64,000 nucleotides of DNA from an uncultured Actinomycetota bacterium (GTDB lineage Bacteria; Actinomycetota; Actinomycetes; S36-B12; GCA-2699445), in contig CAVXYG010000006.1 of NCBI GenBank assembly GCA_963766005.1, forward strand, positions 264,158 to 328,157. The letters run 5' to 3'. The notes under the pieces were generated by a model. The model was given only the letters and a program-made list of their open reading frames with translations. It was not told the origin of the DNA and searched no databases. Below, piece after piece: positions 52,686 to 62,684 of the stretch; the first letter of the stretch is position 1, and each line of letters opens with the position of its first letter. The position numbers were made by a program, and so were the translations under genes.

Positions 52686-53816
52686 ATGACCGACGTCCTC
52701 GAACGCGCCCTCGCTCTCGGACCCGCTGCCGAGCTCACCGCCGACGCCCCAGTGCCGGTCGGCCGACTCGTCGCGCTCGTGCCCGCCCACAACGAGGCCG
52801 AGCAGATCGGCGAGACCATCCGCAGCCTGTGCTCCCAGACGCTGCCGCCGGACGAGATCCTCGTCATCGCCGACAACTGCACCGACAGCACCGTGGCCAT
52901 CGCCCAGGGTTTCGCCGGCGTGCGGGTCATGGAAACCGTCGACAACGAGCATAAGAAGGCCGGCGGACTGAACCAGGCGCTGGACCGGCTGCGGGCCGAG
53001 CGCAAGCTGGCCGCGATCGATGCCGTCCTGGTGATGGATGCCGACTCGGCACTGGACGCGGGCTTCCTGGAGGCAGCGGTTCGCCGCCTGGCGCAGGGCG
53101 ATGTCGCCGGTGTCGGCGGCACGTTCCTCGGCAAGCCCGGCGGCGGTCTGGTCGGCATGTTCCAGCGCAACGAGTACGCGCGCTACGCCCGCGACGTGGG
53201 TCGACTGCACGGCAACGTCCTGGTGCTGACCGGTACCGCCACGGTCTTCCGGGCAGGGGTGTTCGACCACGTTCGCTGGGCGCGCAGCGAGGGCATCCTG
53301 CCGGGGACCCCGGACCGGGTCTACGACGTCCATGTGCTCACCGAGGACAACGAGTTGACGCTGGCTCTCCTGCATCTGGGCTACCAGATCGTCTCGCCCC
53401 TGGAATGCCGCCTGTCCACCGACATCATGACCAGCTGGGGCGAGCTGGCGCGGCAGCGGCTGCGCTGGAAGCGCGGGGCGCTGGAGAACCTCGTGGCCTA
53501 CGGCTGGACGCCGATCACGCGCCAGTACTGGGGCCGGCAGGCTCTGAGCCTGCTCGGCGTGCTGGTCATCTTCCTGTATCTCGGGACGCTCAGCTACAGC
53601 CTGCTCGTGCTGGGGTCCCTCACCTTCGCGCCCATTTGGATATTCGTCACCATGGTCTTCATCGTGGAGCGAGTCGTGACCGTCCGCTCCCGGGGCCGGC
53701 GTCAGATGCTCCTGGCCTCGACGCTGGTGGTCGAGATGGCCTACGACGTGTACCTGCAGGGCGTGCAGGCCCTTGCGTTCCTCCAAACGGCCACCAATCG
53801 CGAGCAGAAGTGGTGA
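52686..53816 (+). CDS. family-2 glycosyltransferase, processive synthase type (PgaC/IcaA/cellulose-synthase-like) with C-terminal TM helices
   Basis: 376-aa ORF. 'LVPAHNEAEQI', 'VMDADS', 'TEDNELT', 'RQRLRWKRG'. Confidence 0.85.
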   Translation: MTDVLERALALGPAAELTADAPVPVGRLVALVPAHNEAEQIGETIRSLCSQTLPPDEILVIADNCTDSTVAIAQGFAGVRVMETVDNEHKKAGGLNQALDRLRAERKLAAIDAVLVMDADSALDAGFLEAAVRRLAQGDVAGVGGTFLGKPGGGLVGMFQRNEYARYARDVGRLHGNVLVLTGTATVFRAGVFDHVRWARSEGILPGTPDRVYDVHVLTEDNELTLALLHLGYQIVSPLECRLSTDIMTSWGELARQRLRWKRGALENLVAYGWTPITRQYWGRQALSLLGVLVIFLYLGTLSYSLLVLGSLTFAPIWIFVTMVFIVERVVTVRSRGRRQMLLASTLVVEMAYDVYLQGVQALAFLQTATNREQKW

Positions 53817-53960
53817 CCGCGACTGTGGCACGAGTCACGGTCCCGCTGTGGCCAGCGTCACAGCCGGGAACGCTTGGCCGAAGCCTGACCGGGCAGGCTC
53901 ACAGCGTGGGGCACTGGCCCCCCGAACACGGCACGTCGCACCACTGAGAAGGGAACACCG

Positions 53961-54125
53961 ATGTACAACAACCCTGTTGCCGGGCCGACCATGGCTGCCG
54001 GAGGCACGCTGGCCCTGACCGGCGGCGTCGGAGGGATGAACTGGATCTGGATCCTGCTCGGCGCGTTCGCCCTCGTGGCCGGTGCGCTGGCCATCATGCG
54101 AGCGGCGCCGAAGTCGCAGGGCTGA
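53961..54125 (+). CDS. 54-aa peptide consisting essentially of an LAxTG sorting signal (LALTG + TM + basic tail)
   Basis: GAGAAGGGAAC RBS plus ATG 53961 gives 'MYNNPVAGPTMAAGGTLALTGGVGGMNWIWILLGAFALVAGALAIMRAAPKSQG'. It lies 24 nt upstream of the sortase gene. Not in the ORF track (under 60 aa). Confidence 0.5.
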   Translation: MYNNPVAGPTMAAGGTLALTGGVGGMNWIWILLGAFALVAGALAIMRAAPKSQG

Positions 54126-54149
54126 GCCGAACAGAGCAGGAGACCCGTC

Positions 54150-54881
54150 GTGATCAACGACACCATGATCAAGTACACCCCGGAGACCGGCTACCCGGTC
54201 ACCGAGGTGGGCCGGCGCCGGCGCGTGCGGATGACGAACCCGCCGCCGGACCCGTGGCGCCAGCGGTTGGTCCGCTGGGCCATGTACGCGCTGGCCTGGC
54301 TGTTGATCGCCGCCGCCGCCGGATGGGTGGTGGCGGGAGTGGCGGGCAGTATGCCGGCCGTCCAGTCGCGCATCCAGGCGGAGCGCTCCGCCGCCGAGCT
54401 GCGCGGCGACTGGGCCCTCGGCCCGGTCTCGGCCTCGCAGCCGGGCACCGGCGAGGCTTGGGCGACGCTGTCCATCCCAGCCATCGGCCTGATGGACATG
54501 GTTGTTCTGGAAGGCACCGAGGGCGAGCAGATCAACGTGGGTGTCGGCCACTACAGCGAGACCGAATTCCCGTGGGAGGGCACCGGCAACGTCGGACTGG
54601 CCGGCCATCGCACCGGTTGGGGCGAGCCGTTCGCCGACCTCGACCAGCTGCGGCCCGGTGACCAGATCACCGTGGAGACCGCCGATACCACCTACACCTA
54701 CGCAGTGACCGGCGGCACCGTCGTGGCACCGGAGGACGTGTGGGTACTGCAGGACACCCCGCCCGCCGATACCGGCGCCCGCGGGGACGCACCGCTGCTG
54801 ACCTTGACCACCTGCGAGGGAGGCGAGAACGAGGTGCGTCTCATCGTCTGGGCGCAACTGTCGCAGGTGACGGCGAAGTAG
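54150..54881 (+). CDS. class E-type sortase
   Basis: 243-aa ORF. N-terminal TM, 'NVGLAGHRTGWGEPF', catalytic 'LLTLTTCEG'. Confidence 0.85.
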   Translation: MINDTMIKYTPETGYPVTEVGRRRRVRMTNPPPDPWRQRLVRWAMYALAWLLIAAAAGWVVAGVAGSMPAVQSRIQAERSAAELRGDWALGPVSASQPGTGEAWATLSIPAIGLMDMVVLEGTEGEQINVGVGHYSETEFPWEGTGNVGLAGHRTGWGEPFADLDQLRPGDQITVETADTTYTYAVTGGTVVAPEDVWVLQDTPPADTGARGDAPLLTLTTCEGGENEVRLIVWAQLSQVTAK

Positions 54882-55103
54882 CCGGCGGGCGGTGCCTGCC
54901 GGCGCCCAAGCCGACCGCCGGGGTCTCGTGCGGCGAGGGCAGCTGATCGCAGCGGCGCGGCGCAAGTCCAGGCTCGAAGCCGACAATCGCCCCGGCAGCG
55001 GCGACGGCCCTTCCGCTGCTGCCGTCGGCCTTCGCTCCGCGCCGGTCACGCCTTCGGTCAGGGAGCAGGCACACAAACAGCACGCCAACCCCGGTGCTTC
55101 CCG

Positions 55104-55943
55104 CTAGCCGCCGGCGAACGCCGGGGCGGGACCGTCCAGGGCAGCGGCCATGGCGGCGATCGGCGCACTGCGGCCCGTCATGAGTTCCACTTGCCGGGCT
55201 GCCTGCCACAGCAGCATCTGCGACCCGGGGACCACGCGGCCTCCCGCCTCGGACCAGGCGGCCGCCAGGGTTGTCGGCCAGGGTCGATAGGTGACATCGA
55301 GCAGCACTCCGGGTCGTCCTGGCACGAGGTGGGCCAATCCGGCGCCGGCGTCGCCGGGCACGGTGGAGATGACGAGGTCCGCCGCCAGCGCCTGACCGGC
55401 CTCGTCCCAGTGCAGCACCGTGACCGCCGAGACCCCGGCCGCGGCGGCGGCGGCCCGCACCCCGCCGGTCGAGCGGGGCCGGCGGGCCAGCACAACGATG
55501 TCCTGCGCGCCCAACTGGGCCGCGGCCGCGGCCGCGGAACGGGACGTGGCTCCCGCGCCGATGAGGCATGCCCTCCCGAACCCGGTCCCGGGCGCCGCAG
55601 ATCGGATCGCCGACACGATGCCTGCGACATCGGTGTTGTACCCGTGCCGCCCGGTGTCGTCCAAGACGACCGTGTTCGCCGACTGCGTCGCGGTCGCCAG
55701 CGGCGAAACGGTGTCCAGCAGCGGGAGGACCGCCTCCTTCAGCGGCATCGTCAGCGACAGGCCCGCCCAGGTGTCGTCGAGTCCGGCGAGGAATCCCGCC
55801 AGCCCGTCGGCCTGGACTTCGATGGCGTCGTAGGACCAGGCCAATCCCAGCGCCTCGTACGCTGCGCGATGCAGCGCCGGGGACAGCGAGTGGCTGATCG
55901 GGCTGCCCAGCACCGCCGCCCGGCGAACCGCTGGCGTCAACAC
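55104..55943 (-). CDS. aroE: shikimate dehydrogenase
   Basis: ORF 55104..56585; start at GTG 55943 or TTG 55940. 'VLGSPISHSLSPALHRAAY', 'NTD', 'LIGAGATSRSA'. Confidence 0.88.
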   Translation of the reverse strand: MLTPAVRRAAVLGSPISHSLSPALHRAAYEALGLAWSYDAIEVQADGLAGFLAGLDDTWAGLSLTMPLKEAVLPLLDTVSPLATATQSANTVVLDDTGRHGYNTDVAGIVSAIRSAAPGTGFGRACLIGAGATSRSAAAAAAQLGAQDIVVLARRPRSTGGVRAAAAAAGVSAVTVLHWDEAGQALAADLVISTVPGDAGAGLAHLVPGRPGVLLDVTYRPWPTTLAAAWSEAGGRVVPGSQMLLWQAARQVELMTGRSAPIAAMAAALDGPAPAFAGG

Positions 55944-57094
55944 TTGTCCGGGTTGTCGGCACACCACTGCTGGAACTCGGCCTTGTAGCCGAGGAACTCG
56001 TCGTAGTCGTCGGTGAATCGAGTATCGCCGGTATCCGGGTTGACGGTCACGTAGTACAGCCAGTCCCCGTCCTCGGGGCTGAGAGCGGCCATCATCGCTG
56101 CCTCGCCGGGCGAGTTGATCGGTGTGGGGGGCAGCCCCGGACGGGTGTAGGTGTTGTAGGGGCCGTCCTCCTGCAACTGCTCGCTGCTCAGCGCGATGTT
56201 GGACTCCGCCAGGGCGTAGTTGATCGTGGCGTCGAGCTGCAGGAACCCGTTGGTGTCGCCCCAGGTTGCCGGGTCGAGGCGGTTGTAGATGACGCGGGCG
56301 ACCTTGCCGAAGTCCTGCGGCAGGCCCTCTGACTGCACCAGGGAGGCGATGACGAGCACTTCGTAGGGGGTCTTGCCCGCGAGCTGCTCGGCGTTCTCCA
56401 AGCCCACCGCCTCGGCGCTCTCGCCGAACCGATCCACATAGCCCTGCAGCACCTGCAGTGCGGTTGCGTCCTTGGCGACCCCGTAGGTCGCCGGGAACAG
56501 GAAACCCTCGGCCCGCAATTCGCCGGTGGGGGGTGCCCACTCCGGCAGTTGCAGGCCCTGGGCGGGGTCTCGGAAGATCTGCCACAGCGCGTCCTGGGGC
56601 AGACCTGTGGCCTCTGACGTCCGATCGACCACCTGATCGATCCGCAGCCCCTCCGGCAGCACCACCTGCGATTCGTAGCGGGCGCTCGGATCGAGGATCA
56701 ACTCGAACGCCTGGGCGCCGGACATCTGTTCCTGCATCTCGTAGGCGCCCGGCGCGATCGTCGTGGCGCGCTCATCGCCGTTCGTGGCCTGGACGAAGGC
56801 CCCGGGGCTGGCCACGACATCGGCCGTGAACAGGCTGTTGGCGATGTCGGTCACGGTATCCCCGGGTTCGACGACGACGACCACGCTGCCGCTGCCCGGA
56901 CCCGGATAGTCTTCCGCCGATGTCGGGCCGAAGCGGTCCCACACCGCCTTGCCCCCGAGGAAGAGGGCAACCCCGACACCACCGATGAGCAGGATCGACA
57001 GCATCGCGGCGGGCAGGCCCATCCCGCGCTGCCGCGATCCCCGCGGCGGCGGTGTCGGCGATTGGTCCCGCATCGAGATGCCGATATGGCTCAT
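55937..57094 (-). CDS. mltG: endolytic murein transglycosylase MltG (YceG-like)
   Basis: 385-aa ORF. N-terminal TM and 'YNTYTRPGLPPTPINSPG'. Confidence 0.9.
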   Translation of the reverse strand: MSHIGISMRDQSPTPPPRGSRQRGMGLPAAMLSILLIGGVGVALFLGGKAVWDRFGPTSAEDYPGPGSGSVVVVVEPGDTVTDIANSLFTADVVASPGAFVQATNGDERATTIAPGAYEMQEQMSGAQAFELILDPSARYESQVVLPEGLRIDQVVDRTSEATGLPQDALWQIFRDPAQGLQLPEWAPPTGELRAEGFLFPATYGVAKDATALQVLQGYVDRFGESAEAVGLENAEQLAGKTPYEVLVIASLVQSEGLPQDFGKVARVIYNRLDPATWGDTNGFLQLDATINYALAESNIALSSEQLQEDGPYNTYTRPGLPPTPINSPGEAAMMAALSPEDGDWLYYVTVNPDTGDTRFTDDYDEFLGYKAEFQQWCADNPDKC

Positions 57095-57582
57095 CAGCCG
57101 CGCCTCCGCACCGTCGTCCCCGCCGGGATCCCCGCAGCCCGTTCCCTGTCCAAAGCTTGTTGCACTACTATGACAGCCGCTTCTTGGTCAATCACTGAAC
57201 GGGATGCCCGGTGTGTCCGACCGGCAGCGCTCAGGTTGCGTTGGGCCGACACGGTCGTGAGCCGCTCGTCCACCAGCCGCACCGGCGTCGTCGGCAGCGC
57301 AGCGGCGATGCGCTCGGCGAACGCCTCTGCCGCAGCCGCGGCCGCGCCCGGCCGGCCGGACATCGACACCGGGTGGCCGACGACGACCGCGACGGCGTCG
57401 TGCTCGGCGGCGAGCGCTGCGATCCTCGCCACGGCGGCGTCATCCCCGGCTCGCCGATCGATGGTCTCCGACGGCACGGCCAGCAGCCCCGCGGCGTCGC
57501 TGCGGGCAACGCCGATGCGCACCGAGCCCACATCGATCCCGATCCGTACTCCGGGTTCGATCCCCTTCGCGGCCGGGCTCAT
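57094..57582 (-). CDS. ruvX: Holliday-junction-resolvase-like nuclease RuvX/YqgF
   Basis: ORF 57094..58230. In-frame ATG 57582 overlaps the alaS stop (ATGA). 'RIGIDVGSVRIGVARSD'. Confidence 0.88.
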   Translation of the reverse strand: MSPAAKGIEPGVRIGIDVGSVRIGVARSDAAGLLAVPSETIDRRAGDDAAVARIAALAAEHDAVAVVVGHPVSMSGRPGAAAAAAEAFAERIAAALPTTPVRLVDERLTTVSAQRNLSAAGRTHRASRSVIDQEAAVIVVQQALDRERAAGIPAGTTVRRRG

Positions 57583-60251
57583 GCAGCCCGTGTCCGCAGC
57601 ATCTGCGCGACCGCGTCCGCAGCCGCGGCGATGCCGTCGACCCGGGTTCCGCCGCCCTGGGCCAGTTGGTCCTTGCCGCCCCCGCGGCCATCGACCGCCG
57701 GCATCGCGGCGGCGAGCAGATCGCGCGCGGTGACCCCGACGGCCCGGGCCTCGTCGTTGACCGCGGCAACAACCGAGACTCGCCCGGCAACCACGGCGAA
57801 GCCGACGATGCACACCGCGAGGTTGGGATTGGCCATCCCCTTGCCGCGCAGTACGACATCGCGCAACTCGTTGGCGGTCACCGATTCGGGGGCCGTAAAG
57901 GACCAGAAGCGGAACGGACCGATATCGGCGCCGGTGCCGATGATCTGATCGACGTTGGCCAGCAACTGCGCCGACTTCAATTGCTGCAGCTCGCGCTCGG
58001 CGTTCTTCAACCGCACCATGTACTGCTCGATCCGGTCGGGCAGCTCCTCCGGCGGGGCCTTGGTCAGTTCGGTGAGGCGGTTGACCAGCAGATGCTCGCG
58101 GGCCAGGAAGCGGTAGGCGTCGGTGCCGACGAGCGCTTCCACACGCCGCACTCCGGCGCCGATACTGCTCTCGGAGAGGAACTTCACCAGCCCCAGCTGA
58201 GCGGAGCGCGTGGCATGCGTCCCGCCGCACAGTTCGTGCGCCCAGTCCCCCACCGACACCACGCGCACGTTCTCGCCGTACTTCTCGCCGAAGAGCGCCA
58301 TCGCGCCCATCTGGATGGCCTCGTCCTGCTTCATCACCTGCGCCCGAACCGTCAGGTCCTCGGCGAGCACATCATTGACGAGGGCCTCGGCGTCGAGCAG
58401 GACCGACTGCGGCACCGGTCCGGTGCTCGGGAAGTCGAACCGCAACCGACCCGGTGCATTCTCCGAGCCCATCTGCGTGGCCGTCTCCCCCAGCATTTCC
58501 CGGAATGCGCGGTGGATCATGTGCGTGGCCGTGTGCGCGCGGCTGATGGCGCTGCGCCGGGCGGTGTCGACCTCGCCCAGGGCGGACCCGCCGGCAGCGA
58601 TGACGCCGTCGACCACGGTGGCCCGGTGCACGTACAGCCCGGGCACCGGCGACTGGACGTCGTAGACCTCGGCCACGCCGCCGTCGCGCAGCCTGATCGT
58701 GCCGTGATCGCCGAGTTGGCCGCCGCCCTCGGCGTAGAACGGCGTGCGGTCCAAGACGATCTCGATCTCGTCGCCGGACTCGGCGGCCGGGACGAGCGCG
58801 CCGTCGCGTAGCACGCCGGTCACGGTGCCCTCGGTGACGGTCTCCGTGTACCCGGTGAACTGCGTGAGACCGGAGCGGTCGAGCACCTCGCGGTAGGCCG
58901 TCAGCGGCGTGATGCCGGCCTTCCGGCTGCGCGCATCCGCCTTTGCGCGCTCACGCTGCTCCTTCATCAGGCGCCGGAAGCCGGACTCGTCGACGTCGAG
59001 TCCCTGCTCGGCGGCCATCTCCAGGGTGATGTCGATGGGAAATCCGAAGGTGTCGTGCAGCTGGAATGCCTTGTCTCCCGGCAACTGCTTGCCGCCCGTG
59101 CGCCGGATGTCGGCAACGGCCACGTCGAACATCTCCGTCCCGGTGCGCAGCGTCTGCAGGAACGAGGCCTCCTCGTTCACCGCCGTGGTGGAGATCCTTC
59201 CGGCGTCGCGCTGCAGTTCCGGATACTGCGGGCCCATCGCCGTGACGGTGGCGGCCATGAGTTCGGCCATCGCCGGCTCGTGCGTGCCCAGCAGCCTCAT
59301 GTTGCGGATCACGCGGCGCATCAGGCGCCGCAGGACGTAGCCGCGGCCCTCGTTGCCGGGGACCACGCCATCTGCGATGAGGAAGGCGCAGGTGCGGGTG
59401 TGGTCGGCGACGACGCGCAGGGCGATATCGTCGCGGCGGTCCGCGCCGTAGCGGCGGCCCGAGATCTCGGTGGCGCGGTCCAGGATCGTGCGCGTGGTGT
59501 CGATCTCGTAGATGTTGTCCACGCCCTGGAGCAGCGCGGCCATGCGCTCCAGGCCCATGCCGGTGTCGATGTTCTTGCGGGGCAGTTCGCCGAGGATCGG
59601 GTAGTCCTCTTTGGCGGGACCCTCACCGCGGGCGAACTGCATGAACACCAGATTCCACACCTCGAGGTAGCGGTCCTCGTCCACCACCGGACCGCCCTCA
59701 CGACCGAACTCCGGACCGCGGTCGAAGTAGATCTCCGAACATGGCCCGCACGGTCCGGGCACGCCCATGGACCAGAAGTTGTCGGCCATGCCTCGTCGCT
59801 GAATGCGATCCATCGGCAGGCCGACGACGCGGTGCCAGATATCGGCCGCCTCGTCGTCGTCGTAATAGACGGTCACCCAGATGCGCTCGGGGTCGAAGCC
59901 GTAGCCGCCGTAGTGGGTGCTGGACGTCAGCAGCTCCCAGGCGAAGGGGATGGCGTCAGCTTTGAAGTAGTCGCCGAAGGAGAAGTTGCCGGCCATCTGG
60001 AAGAACGACGCATGCCTCGTCGTGCGGCCGACCTCGTCGATGTCGAGGGTGCGCACGCACTTCTGCACGCTGGTCGCGGTGGGGTGCGGCGGCGGAGCCT
60101 CGCCGAGGAAGTACGGCTTGAACGGGACCATGCCCGCGTTGACGAACAGCAGTGTGGGGTCGTCAAGGATCAGCGACGCAGAGGGCACGATCTGGTGCCC
60201 CCGGTCGGCGAAGAAGCGCAGGAACCTGCTGCGGATCTCGGCGGAGTCCAT
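57579..60251 (-). CDS. alaS: alanine--tRNA ligase
   Basis: 890-aa ORF. 'LLFVNAGMVPFKPYF', 'GNFSFGDYFK', editing-domain 'HTATHMIH'. Confidence 0.97.
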   Translation of the reverse strand: MDSAEIRSRFLRFFADRGHQIVPSASLILDDPTLLFVNAGMVPFKPYFLGEAPPPHPTATSVQKCVRTLDIDEVGRTTRHASFFQMAGNFSFGDYFKADAIPFAWELLTSSTHYGGYGFDPERIWVTVYYDDDEAADIWHRVVGLPMDRIQRRGMADNFWSMGVPGPCGPCSEIYFDRGPEFGREGGPVVDEDRYLEVWNLVFMQFARGEGPAKEDYPILGELPRKNIDTGMGLERMAALLQGVDNIYEIDTTRTILDRATEISGRRYGADRRDDIALRVVADHTRTCAFLIADGVVPGNEGRGYVLRRLMRRVIRNMRLLGTHEPAMAELMAATVTAMGPQYPELQRDAGRISTTAVNEEASFLQTLRTGTEMFDVAVADIRRTGGKQLPGDKAFQLHDTFGFPIDITLEMAAEQGLDVDESGFRRLMKEQRERAKADARSRKAGITPLTAYREVLDRSGLTQFTGYTETVTEGTVTGVLRDGALVPAAESGDEIEIVLDRTPFYAEGGGQLGDHGTIRLRDGGVAEVYDVQSPVPGLYVHRATVVDGVIAAGGSALGEVDTARRSAISRAHTATHMIHRAFREMLGETATQMGSENAPGRLRFDFPSTGPVPQSVLLDAEALVNDVLAEDLTVRAQVMKQDEAIQMGAMALFGEKYGENVRVVSVGDWAHELCGGTHATRSAQLGLVKFLSESSIGAGVRRVEALVGTDAYRFLAREHLLVNRLTELTKAPPEELPDRIEQYMVRLKNAERELQQLKSAQLLANVDQIIGTGADIGPFRFWSFTAPESVTANELRDVVLRGKGMANPNLAVCIVGFAVVAGRVSVVAAVNDEARAVGVTARDLLAAAMPAVDGRGGGKDQLAQGGGTRVDGIAAAADAVAQMLRTRAA

Positions 60252-60256
60252 AGCGT

Positions 60257-60604
60257 TCAGTCGGCCTTTCGTCGTCGGACGCGGGCGGGCCTGCCAGCAC
60301 CGGTGAGGTCCACCACAGCAGTGTCCATGATGGCGGCCGGGGCCGCTGCGGCAGCGTTGGGTCGGTCCGTCCGGGTGATCAGGATCCCGCCGATGCGCAG
60401 CTGGGGCCGCTCGGCGGCGACCGCCACTGCGCCGCCTCCGTCCGAGCCCGGAGGCGCCGAGACGGCCTGCAGCGCGAACGTCGCCACGGCCTGCGCCGTG
60501 CCAGCCACGCCCTGCTCCCGCACCGCCCCGGCGATCTGTTCGCCCTTGCGATAGACGTAGATCCCGCTGACGGCACCAACTCCGACCCAGAACAGGCGTG
60601 CCAT
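60257..60604 (-). CDS. small N-terminally membrane-anchored protein, function unknown
   Basis: ORF 60257..60634, in-frame ATG 60604. 'MARLFWVGVGAVSGIYVYRKGEQ'. Confidence 0.5.
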   Translation of the reverse strand: MARLFWVGVGAVSGIYVYRKGEQIAGAVREQGVAGTAQAVATFALQAVSAPPGSDGGGAVAVAAERPQLRIGGILITRTDRPNAAAAAPAAIMDTAVVDLTGAGRPARVRRRKAD

Positions 60605-60687
60605 GGCAGGACCCCTCCGCTCGGCGCCAATCACGCCGACACTACCGGAGCGCCATCCGCGAGCTCGGCAGCAGGCGGGTCGATCCC

Positions 60688-61782
60688 TCAGTGGTAGTGC
60701 AAGCGTTCGCCCGTGGCGGGATCGAACAGGTGAATGTGGCTGCGTCCGATCGAGACATCGACCGTTTCGCCGACGTGCGGGGGGCGGCGGCCGTCGGTCC
60801 GGACGACCACCTGCAGCCGCTCGCCGTTGGCTAGGACGACCTCGCCGTAGACGTAGGCGTCCGCTCCGAGGCTCTCGACCAGTACGACGTCGACGGGCCA
60901 GGAGTCCTCACCGCCGAGCCGCAAGTCCTCCGGCCGGAACCCGAGGACCACGCTGCCCCGCCCGTGCTGCGCCAGATCGGCCGACGCTTCGGGCGGCAGC
61001 GGCACGTTGTTGCCGCCGAGCGTGACGGCCCCGTCGTGCACGGGAACCTCGACGACGTTCATCGCCGGCGAGCCGATGAATCCCGCGACGAAGGTGTTCG
61101 CCGGCTCGTCGTACAGTTCCTGCGGCGTGCCGACCTGCATCAGGAGGCCGTCCTTGAGCACCGCGATCCGGTCGCCCATGGTCATAGCTTCCGTCTGGTC
61201 GTGGGTCACGTACACGGTGGTCACGTTCAGCTCGCGCTGCAGCTTGGCGATCTGGGTGCGGGTCTGCACGCGCAGCTTGGCGTCGAGGTTCGACAGCGGC
61301 TCGTCCATCAGGAACACCTGCGGCTTGCGCACGATCGCGCGCCCCATGGCCACGCGCTGCCGTTGGCCGCCGGACATCGCCTTGGGCTTGCGGTCGAGGT
61401 AGGGCTCGAGGTCCAGGATCTCGGCGGCCTCCTGGACGCGCTGCTCGATCTCGGCCTTCGGCATCTTGGCGATCTCCAGAGCGAAGCCCATGTTCTGGCG
61501 GACCGTCATGTGCGGGTACAGGGCGTAGGACTGGAACACCATCGCGATATCGCGGTCCTTGGGCGCAAGATTGGTGACGTCCTTGTCACCGATGAAGATC
61601 TTGCCCTGGTTGACGTCCTCGAGGCCGGCAAGCATGCGCAGCGACGTGGACTTGCCGCACCCCGACGGCCCGACAAGAACGAGGAATTCGCCGTCGCGAA
61701 CCTCGAGGTCGAGCTTGTCCACCGACGGGGTCTTCGCGTTCGGGTAGATGCGGGTGGCGCCTTGAAAGGTCACGCTGGCCAT
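60688..61782 (-). CDS. sugar ABC transporter ATP-binding protein (MsiK/UgpC/MalK-like)
   Basis: In-frame ATG 61782 inside ORF 60688..63378. 'GPSGCGKST', 'MSGGQRQR', 'VFLMDEPLSNLD'. Confidence 0.92.
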   Translation of the reverse strand: MASVTFQGATRIYPNAKTPSVDKLDLEVRDGEFLVLVGPSGCGKSTSLRMLAGLEDVNQGKIFIGDKDVTNLAPKDRDIAMVFQSYALYPHMTVRQNMGFALEIAKMPKAEIEQRVQEAAEILDLEPYLDRKPKAMSGGQRQRVAMGRAIVRKPQVFLMDEPLSNLDAKLRVQTRTQIAKLQRELNVTTVYVTHDQTEAMTMGDRIAVLKDGLLMQVGTPQELYDEPANTFVAGFIGSPAMNVVEVPVHDGAVTLGGNNVPLPPEASADLAQHGRGSVVLGFRPEDLRLGGEDSWPVDVVLVESLGADAYVYGEVVLANGERLQVVVRTDGRRPPHVGETVDVSIGRSHIHLFDPATGERLHYH

Positions 61783-61853
61783 GATCGTCGTCCCTCCAGT
61801 GGTGCCTGCAGGATGCCTGCAAATGCTCCGTTGTGCTGATGTGTTGGCATTGC

Positions 61854-62682
61854 TCAGCCCTTGACTCCGCCTTCCAGCGCACCACGCTGGATCTTGCCCT
61901 GGACAATCACGAAGAAGATGATCACGGGGACCGCGTACAGTACCGAGCCGGCCATCAGTCCGCCCCAGTCGATCGCCTTCTGGCCGGAGTTGAACTGGGT
62001 CAGCCATACCGGCAGGGTCTGCTTGTTCTGATCCAGCAGGATCACGTTGGCCAGGATGAACTCGTTCCAGGCCATGATGAAGGCGAACACCGAGGTGGAG
62101 ACCAGGCCCGGCGCGATCAGCGGGAAGAGGATCTTGCGGAAGGCCTGCCCCTGGGTGCAGCCGTCGATCATCGCAGCCTCTTCGAGGTCCTTGGGGATGT
62201 TGGCGATGAATCCGCGCAGGGTCCAGATCGTGAAGGGGAGCACGAGCGCCAGGTAGGCGATCATCACGCCGGTCAGCTTGTTGACCTGGTCGACCGAGTT
62301 CAGCATCACGAACATCGAGATCAGCAGTGCTTCGAACGGCACCATCTGCACCGCGAGCAGCATGATGATGTACGACTTGCGGCCCTTGAAGTTGAAGCGC
62401 GCGACGGCGGTGGCGGCGAGGAACGCCACCAGCATCGAGGAGGCGACCACGACGATCGTGACGATCGCCGAGTTCCTCGCGAAGGTGAAGAAGTTGTCGT
62501 CGGCGATCACCCGCGTGTAGTTGTCCAGGGTCGCCGGGATGGGCAGGAACTTCGGGGTGTCGAGGAAGAAGTCCGATCGGGGCTTCAACGAGGAGATGAC
62601 CATCCAGTAGACCGGGAAGGCCATGACGAGGAACACGATGACTGCGAGTCGTGTTGGCGAGGACGCCGCCCTTCTTCAGCAT
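61854..62682 (-). pseudogene. carbohydrate ABC permease (MalG-like), frameshift after about 13 codons
   Basis: ATG 62682 gives 'MLKKGGVLANTTR', then the frame changes near 62640-62648 into ORF 61854..62636 ('AVIVFLVMAFPVYWMV...LEEAAMIDGCTQGQAFRKILFP'). Confidence 0.8.
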
Positions 62683-62684
62683 GC

